A stretch of DNA of 64,000 bases, from NCBI RefSeq assembly GCF_039654945.1, contig NW_027361679.1:105958001-106022000 (forward strand), given 5' to 3'. Positions within the stretch are counted from its first letter, which is position 1. Each line of letters begins with the position of its first letter. The notes beneath the pieces are model-generated. The model did not search any database. It was not told the origin of the DNA and worked only from the letters and a program-made list of their open reading frames with translations. Below, in pieces: positions 55,563 to 64,000 of this stretch. Position numbers and translations under genes: made by a program. The DNA comes from Dendrobates tinctorius (lineage: Eukaryota).

Positions 55563-56599
55563 TGTATCACAGCCAAAAAGTTGTGATCGTACTTCTCAAT
55601 CCCTAACACAAACACACCTCCCAAAAGCCCAGAGAAAGGGTGCTGGGGGACTTCCTTTTATGATGAAAACATGAGCGCTTTGAAGTTTATGTTGGCACAT
55701 GCGGCCTGCTGCCTGGAAACTCTACTTTCTTTTAAACGTACAAGATTATTGATATGATTTGAATACCTTCCATGCTGGTATTTGCTATTACTGCACATAT
55801 ACATACATAGTCAGCATCATATCAACAAGTAAAGATTTACATCCAGGTACCCCTTATAGGTGACGACATCTTATCTGATTGAGTCGTTTCTTTTTGTCTC
55901 CATCATGTTCAGACGCTATGATGACTTTTTACATCCACAGCTCTTCTCTCCAGATTCCTTCTTCTCGAGCCTTTTGCAGGAAATTCCGACACAGTGCCCT
56001 TAAAAATAAGTGTCATTATGCCCTCTGTGTAAAAATATCTCTCCATTCGATGCCCTAAATAAGTCTCCAATGGTATATGGCCTCCACACTGTCCGACTTA
56101 ATGATCTATAACCGCCACTCTGTCTTGCATTGTCAGATATGACTGCCACACTGTCCGCCTTCATAAACCATGGCCTATACCATGGTTGTCCCCGCTCTAG
56201 TTTTCCCTTACACTCTATTTTTCCACACCACTCTCTCCATACTGTGCCCCCATATCACACTGTCCCCTAATCATAACCATTCTGTGTCCCCTTGTCAAAC
56301 TATGCCCTCATACTGCTCACTATGTTGTCCTCTCCAAATTGTAATCCCTCTTCACTGTCCCCCTACACAGTGTGATGGTCACCACAGCAACCCAAACAGT
56401 ACGATATCCACAACAGCCTCCTAATATACAATATGATGGCCACCACAGCCCCCCATGAGATATAATGTACACCACAGCCCCCAATATACAGTATGATTTC
56501 CAGCACAGCCCCTTATAAAATATAACTAATAAAGTAGCACTCTGTAGCACCATAGTATGCAAACATGAAATATATGAAATTTTAATTACATTACTGGTC

Positions 56600-57365
56600 T
56601 TGAAAATAGGAAAATTAACAATACTTAGCGCATAAATTGACCTATTCATGTGTACCTGGCAGCTACTATAAGGTGATTCTCTCGGCTGGAACCTGCCTAA
56701 TGTGAATCCTCTCATGGGCTTATGATCGATTACATTTATATGGGATGGAAGGATACTGCTGTGATTAAAACCACCAGAGGCTGATGGTTGGAGTGCTTGG
56801 TCAGAGAGCCTATGTATACAGACCTCAATTTTTTTTTTTTTCATATTTTCTAGAGCAGTAATGCAATTTAAATTTCATGTTTTCATGCTATAGAGCTACA
56901 GAGTTCCACTTTATTTGTTGGTTATATATGGAGATGGCTACTTTTAGTATGCACCTGAACACACCTGTGTTCTGTTTAGGAAGTGACTGTCTTTTGATAT
57001 TTGTATTCATAGCGTCTCTGACCGAGCACTCCACCCACCTCTGGCTGGTTTTAATCACAGCAGGATCCTTCCTTCCCATATAAATGTAGGCTATCAGCCA
57101 ATGAAAGGAGTCACATTAAGTTAGGTCCTAGCTGACAGAATAGCCTTATCGCGGCTGCCGGGTACACATGAATTGGCCAATTTATATGCAAAGTATTCAA
57201 ATTTAAAAAAAAATAAAATATATTTTCTAGAGCAGTATTGTAATTTAAATTTCATAGATTTCATGTCTGCATGTATATCGCTACAGAGTTCTACTTTATT
57301 TGTTGGTTATATATGGAGATGGCTACATACCTGTTTTCTATTTGCAAATGTCAGTCTTTTGATAA
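56600..57365. repeat. Old fold-back element with an internal direct duplication
   Basis: About 56605-56815 is the inverse of about 57015-57210. About 56843-57000 is repeated at about 57220-57365. Confidence 0.65.
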
Positions 57366-57384
57366 CCTTATAAAATATAGTCAC

Positions 57385-57726
57385 TACAGCCCCTATACAG
57401 TATGATGTCCTCAACAGTCCACTATACAGCATGGTCACCAAAGCCGCCTTTACAGTGTCTTCATAGCCTTCAGTATAATGTCTCCCACAATCTCCTATAC
57501 ATTATGATGTCCCCCATAGCTCGCATATAGTATGACGCTCCCTATACAGTATGGTGCCCTTCATAGCCCCAGTATAATGTCATCCACAGCCCCCTATACA
57601 ATATGATGCTCTCCAAATATCGTATATAGTATGATGTCCCCACAGCTCCCAGTATAATGTTCCTCACAGTCTCCCATATAATATGATGTGCACCACAGCC
57701 CCTCTATCGTATGTCCACAGGCAGCC
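57385..57726. repeat. Degenerate tandem repeat (CCCCACAGTATGATG-like). Similar tracts at about 7270-7750, 38870-39320, 56380-56520 and 63750-63930
   Basis: Recurrent CAGTATGATGTCCCC..ACAGCCCC units of about 27-30 bp. Confidence 0.7.
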
Positions 57727-58572
57727 CATGTTGTTAGGGCTGGCGGAACGCACCAAGTTATAAATAATAGTAGGTGCGTTCGCAGCCCGGGGTCTACCGT
57801 GCAGAGGTGGTACACTACTGCTAGGTAATGGCGGAAGAATAGAGCGGCGTGAAAACAGTCACACGTGGGTTACATCACCCAGTGTGAACAGAAGCGAACT
57901 CTGTTGACTCACAGAGCCGCACAGTCGCTGAACGCAAATACTGGAGCCTGTTTAGCTCACAGAGCCCGGCCAAAAAGCGCACAGAAAGCGGCCACAGAAC
58001 TCTACCCCAAGGACACGAGGTTAGAGTTCCTCTAGGCCCTCTGAGCACACGGCGTCGCTGCCGCGAATGCCGCTGGCTATGGAGTGTGGAGCACGTGCAC
58101 TGAGGCGTGCCGAGTCACTGATGGGTACTAATGCCTGACTCCGACTCTGCCCTACCTACACCTAAGCCTGGGCGCTAGCAGGCTAGGCTGCACAACACAT
58201 GCGTACCAAGGGTAGGGGTTTCATAATGAGTCAGTCACCAGAGACATTCATACGTGCATACATCACTCACTCCTCACAGTCTGAAAACCCAGTGTATCCT
58301 AGCGCATGGCTGAGCGGCCAGGCAAACCTTTTATAGCCGCGAGCGTCCGGGACCTTCCTGGCTTCTCGGATGGGCCAATCCGAACAGGACCTAAGCACGT
58401 GACCTTCGATCTCCAATGGGAGATCACTCCACAGGCATGCTCAGTGGCCCGACATGAGGACTTAGTCCCTGGAGAATCTCGCTGCTGAGCAGCCTGCATT
58501 GCCATAGCTGTGCCAGAGGTGGCAGCAGCAAGCAAACCCACGGAGGTGGTCTGGGCAGAGCGCCGGGACCGA

Positions 58573-61500
58573 CTAGTTTGCTGAGCAACCTCCTCTGCGG
58601 CTGGGGAGGAATGGGAGACCGCCGGGAGCAGGGCTCGGGATTCCCACTGTGCAGCAACAGGAACCTGACCGCCTAACATTACCCCCCCTCCTAGGGCCCC
58701 CCCTCTCCGAGCCTCGCACCGCTTGAATTCCGCAATGAGAAGTGGAGCGTGGAAGTTCTCCACCGGCTCCCAGGACCGAGTCTATGGACCATGACCCTTC
58801 CAATCCACCAAATAAAAAACTTTTTGCCCCGCATCATCTTGCAACCCACAATGGCATTGACCTCAAACTCATCAGATGACAGGTCTGATGTCCCGGCAGA
58901 TGGCTCTGAAAACCGGGACATTTGAACCGGCTTAAGGAGGGACACATGAAACGTGTGAGAAATAGCCAAGTGTGGTGGAAGGGCCAGGCGGTAGACCACA
59001 GGATTGATCTGCTCGAGGACCTTGAAAGGGCCAATATAGCGCAGTGCGAACTTAGCGGATTTAGCCCGCAGCCTGATGTTTCGGGCAGAAAGCCACACTA
59101 AGTTGCCTGGGGCGAAGGTCAGAGCAGGACGCCTGTGTGCGTCAGCGGAGGCCCTCATTCTCTCCTTGGAGGCCCGGATAGCATCCTGCGTGCGAACCCA
59201 AATTTCATGTGCCTCCACCGCCCAGTCTGCCACCCTAGAGTCGGTGGATGACACGGGCATGGGCACGGGGACGCGCGGATGCTGGCCGTAATATAAGAGG
59301 AATGGGGTCTGACAGGTGGAGTCGGCCACAGCGTTGTTCAAAGTGAACTCCGCCCATGGCAGCAAGGATGCTCAGTCATCATGCCTGGCCGAGACAAAAT
59401 GTTGCAGATATGTCACCAGGGTCTGGTTGGCTCTCTCAACCAACCCATTCGTCTCGGGATGATAGGCCGAGGAGAGATTTAGCTCGATGCTGAGCAGAGA
59501 ACAGAGCTCTCTCCAGAACCGAGATGCAAACTGAGGGCCTCAGTTGCTGACAATCTTATCCGGCATGCCGTGCAGGCAGAAGACATGTTTATTAAACAAC
59601 GCTGCCAGGTCCCGTGCAGAAGGCAGCCGCGAGAGTGGCACCAGATGCACCATCTTGGAGAAATGATCGGTGACCACAAAAATTACGGTGCTGCCACTGG
59701 ACTTGGGCAGACCCACCACAAAGTCCATACAAACCATCTCCCAGGGTCTGTCTGCTATTGGCAGGGGATAGAGTAACCCAGCGGGCCGCTGCCGAGAGGA
59801 CCGATTCTGAGCGCAAGAGACACACGCCTGAATATAGTCCCTGACGTCACGGGCCATATGCAGCCACCAGTACGTCCTTGCCAGGAGATCAGAGGTCCGT
59901 TTGGTCCCAAAATGTCCCCCCACCCTAGACGAATGAGCCCAAGAGAGGACCTCCGGTCGCAGATGGGCAGGGACAAAAGTGTTGCCCAGAGGTACCGACT
60001 CGAGAGCAACCGGAGCCACGGTCCTCAGGCTCTCCGATGGGACTATCAGCCGAGGCTCCTCCTCCTCCGATGACACCACGGAGCGAGAAAGAGCGTCAGC
60101 CCGGACGTTCTTCTCCCCGGAGAGAAAATGCAGGGTGAAATGGAATTGGGAGAAGAACAAGGACCATCTGGCATGGCGAGAATTCAGCCGCTGGGCTGTC
60201 TGTAGATAGACCAATTTTTTGTGGTCGGTGAACACCTGGAAAGGGTGGAGAGCCCCCTCCAGGAGGTGTCTCCACCCCGAGAAGGCCAGCTTCATTGCTA
60301 ACAACTCCCTGTCCCCAATGGAATAATTCCTCTCCGCCGGTGTGAAGGTCTTAGAGAAGCAGCATGGGTGCTTCCGACCATACGAGTCCTTCTGGAACAG
60401 GACCGCTCCAGCACCGACGGAATAGGCATCCACCTCCAGAATGAAGGGCTTATCTACATCGGGGCGATGTAGAATGGGAGCGCTAGCGAAGTGGGATTTA
60501 ATAGAAGCGAAGGCATTGGAGACAGTTTCCGACCACAGTTTGGGGTCTGCACCCTTCTTGGTGAGGGCTACCAAGGGTGCTACCAAAGTTGAGAAATGGG
60601 GAATGAATTGGCAATAGTAATTTATGAACCCCATAAAGCGCTGCACCGCTTTGAGAGAATGGGGTTGTTGCCAATCCATCACCGCCTGTAGTTTGGCAGG
60701 ATCCATGGCCAAACCCTGGGCAGAGATGATGTAGCCAAGGAAAGGCAAGGACTCCTGCTCAAACACATATTTCTCCAACTTGGCATAAAGGGAGTTTGCC
60801 CGCAGGAGATCGAAAACTTTGCAAACATCTCTCCGGTGGGAGTCAATATCTGGAGAGTAAATGAGAATATCGTCCAGATACACTACTACAGAGGTGGTAA
60901 GCATATCCCGGAAGATATCGTTCACAAAGTCTTGGAAGACGGCTGGAGCATTACATAGCCGGAAGGGCATCACCAGGTATTCATAGTGCCCGTCTCTGGT
61001 GTTAAATGCCGTCTTCCATTCGTCCCCATCACTGATGCGAATCAGGTTATAGGCTCCCCGCAGATCAAGCTTAGTAAACACTCTCGCTCCCCATAGCCCA
61101 TCAAACAGTTCTGATATCAGGGGCAGAGGATATTTGTTCTTAACTGTTATGGCGTTAAGACCCCTGTAATTGATGCACGGACGTAATTCTCCTTTCTTCT
61201 TTTGGACAAAGAAGAATCCCGCTCCTGCCAGGGACACCGACTTCCTAATGAATCCTCTTGCCAGATTCTCCCTGATATACTGAGACATGGCCTCTGTCTC
61301 TGGGAGAGATAGGGGGTAGACTCGACCCCGAGGAGGCTCAGCACTGGGCAAGAGGTCAATAGGACAGTCGTAAGGGCGGTGAGGCGGAAGGGTCTCTGCC
61401 GCCTTCTTGGAAGAAATGTCTGCATACTGCTGATACGGCTTGGGAAGCGAGGAGAGATCTGTGGAAACCTCAGGAGGTAGCGACCTGTACGCAGTCCCTC

Positions 61501-61933
61501 AGACACCTACCCTCGCAGGACTTGCTCCGAGGATTTTTCCCGAGTACCACTCTATATGAGAGTGAAATCGTAGCCAGGGAACCCCTAGGAGGACCTGGTC
61601 GATACCTTCGGGCATAACAAGAAGAGACAGCATCTCCTGATGAGGAGACAGTGAGAGCCTCAGTGGAGCCATCTGGTGGGTGATTTGGGATGGGAGTGTC
61701 GCACCATTCACCACTCTGACAGTGACTGGTTGAGGTAGCAGGACCAGGGGAATTGCGTGTTGTTGGGCGAAGGCAGACGACATGAAATTGCTCCCCGCCC
61801 CAGAGTCCACGCAAACCTCCACAATCAGAGTGGAAGAATTGAACTCTAACACCCCTTTAAACAGGAGCTTGGAGGAGAAAGTCACTGTGTCTAGTAGGCC
61901 CCCTCCGATAACCACTAGACGTGAGCGTTTCCC
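58573..61933 (-). pseudogene. E3 pol (PR, RT, RH, IN, chromodomain)
   Basis: Protease VDSGAGSNF. A 603-aa RT-RH-IN ORF at 59540-61351 with YLDD. YIGPFKV and chromodomain EFEVNAIV. Interrupted by stops and frameshifts. Confidence 0.93.
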
Positions 61934-62800
61934 GACCACTGTGGGCACTGGTTAGCAAAGTGCCCAGTCTGCCGACAACAGAAACAGACTGGAGATACCC
62001 GTGCAGGCCGGGACTTGGACCCCGTGCGGGACACCTCCATGGCCTCTGGAGGCTCGTGCGGCTGTTCGGGAGATTCCAGCAGTCTAGCAAAGTTTGGAGC
62101 CAACCTATATCGTTGGCTGGACTTGGAGCGCTCCAGCCCTCGCTCGGTGAAGCGAATGTTAATTCAGGTGGAGACTGTAATGAGCTCCTCCAAAGTGGTG
62201 GGCACCTCCCTGGTAGCCAGGGCGTCTTTGACATGATCAGCCAGGCCTCTCCAGAATATAAGTATGCAAACCTTATCTGGCCACTCCAGCTCGGAGGCCA
62301 GAGTTCTGAAGAGGATGGCATACTGGCTGACCAGAGACGGACCCTGGGTTAGGGCCAGCAACTGAAGTGCGGTGTCATACGTGACCCGAGGTCCCAGGAA
62401 CACCTGCTTCAGAGTGAGCAGAAAATGGGTGGCACTCTGTACCAGGGGATCCCCACGCTCCCACAGCAGGGTGGCCCACTCCAAAGCCCTGCCCGACAGG
62501 AGGGAGATGATAAATCCCACCTTGGCCCGCTCAGAGGGAAATCGTGTGGCTGGCAACTCCAGGTGAATGGAGCACCGACTCACGAACCCCTGCATGATGC
62601 ACTATCACCCGAGAACTTCTCGGCAGCGGGAGGCGAGACAAGGTCGGGGCAGGGCTGGCCGTGGAGACACGGGCGACAGCCTCTGTAGCTGCTTGAACAG
62701 CGACCGAGGCAACATCCGCAGCTGAGGTGGAACGCTCTAGCGCTGCCAACCTACCCTCCAGCTGCTGGATGTACCTGTGCAGTCGTTGTTCGTCCGCCAT
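61915..62800 (-). pseudogene. E3 gag (frameshifted), ends CFCCRQTGHFANQCPQWSGNAHV*
   Basis: ORF fragments 62531-62800, 62164-62595 and 61915-62103. Homologous to E1 gag, with a CCHC knuckle. Confidence 0.9.
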
Positions 62801-63933
62801 TACTAGCCAGACCCTGGCACTAGGATAATGTTAGGGTTGGCGGAACGCACCAAATTATAAATAGTAGGTGCGTTCACAGCCCGGGGTCCACTGTGCAGAG
62901 GTGGTACACTGCTGCTAGATAATGGCGGAACAATAGAGCGGCATGAAAACAGTCACACATGGGTTACATCACCCAGTGTGAACAGGAGCGAACTCTGTTG
63001 ACTCACAGAGCCGCACAGCCGCTGAACGCAAATATGGGAGCCTGTTTAGCTCACAGAGCCCGGCGAAAAAGCGCACAGAAAGCGGCCACAGAACTCCACC
63101 CCAAGGACACGGGGTTAGAGTTCCTCTAGGCCCTCTGAGCACACGGCATCGCTGCCGCGAACGCCGCTATAGACGCTGGCTACGGAGTGTGGAGCACGTG
63201 CACTGAGGCGTGCCGAGACACTGATGGGGACTAATACCTGACTCCGACTCTACCTACAACTAAGCCTGGGGACTAGCAGGCTAGGCTGCACAACACATGC
63301 GGGGGTTTCATAATGAGTCAGTCACCAGAGACATTCATACGTGCATACATCACTCACTCCTCATAGTCTGAAAATACAGTGTATCCTAGTGCATGGCCGA
63401 GCGGCCATGCAAACCTTTTATAGCCGTGAGCGTCCGGGACCTTCCTGGCTTCTCGGATGGGCCAATCTGAACAGGAGCAGGACCTGAGCACGTGACCTTC
63501 GATCTCCAATGGGAGATCACTCCATGGGCATGCTCAGTGGCCCGACAGGAGGACTTAGTCCCTGGAGAATCTCGCTGCTGAGCAGCCTGCATTGCCATAG
63601 CTGTGCCAGAGGTGGCAGCAGCAAGCAAACCCACAGAGGTGGTCTGGGCAGAGTACCGGGACCGACGAGCTTGCTGAGCAACCTCCTCTGCGGCTGGGGA
63701 GGAAAGGGAGACCGCCGGGAGCAACAGGAACCCGATGCCTAACACATGTTATGTCCCCCCATATATTTCCCCACAGCTATCCCTTAGTTCCCACAGCCAC
63801 CCTTTTGTGTATACGTCCCCACAGCCAGCCTCACTTGTATATCTCCCCATAGTTAGCCACATGTTTACACATCAAGACAGCCAGTTCCACAGTATTTGTC
63901 CTCACAACCAGCCCCATGTTAATATGTCCCCAC

Positions 63934-64000
63934 TAGTGATGGGCGAACGTGCTCGGATAGCGCGTTATCCGAGCATGCTCGGTTGTTATCCGAGTATCTT
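63934..64000 (+). mobile_element. Left end of a hAT-type MITE, running off the window
   Basis: TAGTGATGGGCGAAC terminus, similar to those at 39526 and 31270. Confidence 0.6.

Larger units (their letters stand above)
57732..63744 (-). mobile_element. Gypsy chromovirus LTR retrotransposon 'E3', related to E1, full length, decayed
   Basis: LTRs 57732-58678 and 62829-63744. TSD CATGT at 57727-57731 and 63745-63749. PPT AGGAGGGGGG near 58681-58694. Confidence 0.97.

Noticed and set aside
59540-61351. Domesticated (RTL1/PEG10-like) gene or active element
   Set aside because: Both LTRs and the TSD are present, and the flanking gag, protease and integrase parts carry stops and frameshifts. It is a decaying insertion.

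Overview
Eukaryotic vertebrate DNA, most likely a frog. This is inferred from the repeat landscape (T2/Kolobok, Harbinger and hAT MITEs, Penelope tails, sushi-type Gypsy) and from the host gene. There is one host gene: a complete 8-exon alpha-arrestin ARRDC2 on the minus strand (CDS 49636 to 44741, 405 aa, all introns GT-AG and in phase, two PPxY motifs). Much of the rest is transposon-derived. It includes three full-length but decayed chromodomain-bearing Ty3/Gypsy (Tf1/sushi-type) LTR retrotransposons with TSDs, one doubly deleted Gypsy, about five solo LTRs, four Tc1 elements or remnants, a hAT transposase relic, many MITEs (several nested) and Penelope-like tails. The most interesting signals are RNA-level. 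(1) None of the three full-length LTR elements has a tRNA-type PBS. Each has an 11-nt PBS complementary to the sequence 28-30 nt after its own TATA box, with covariation between elements, which fits Tf1-type self-priming. A competing PBS/leader hairpin lies next to the gag AUG. (2) One element has a PEG10-type G GGA AAC -1 frameshift site followed by an H-type pseudoknot. (3) A 257-bp non-coding, TSD-flanked fold-back insertion carries a minimal hammerhead ribozyme core. No prokaryotic system or CRISPR array is present. Coordinates were counted by hand and may be off by a few bases.
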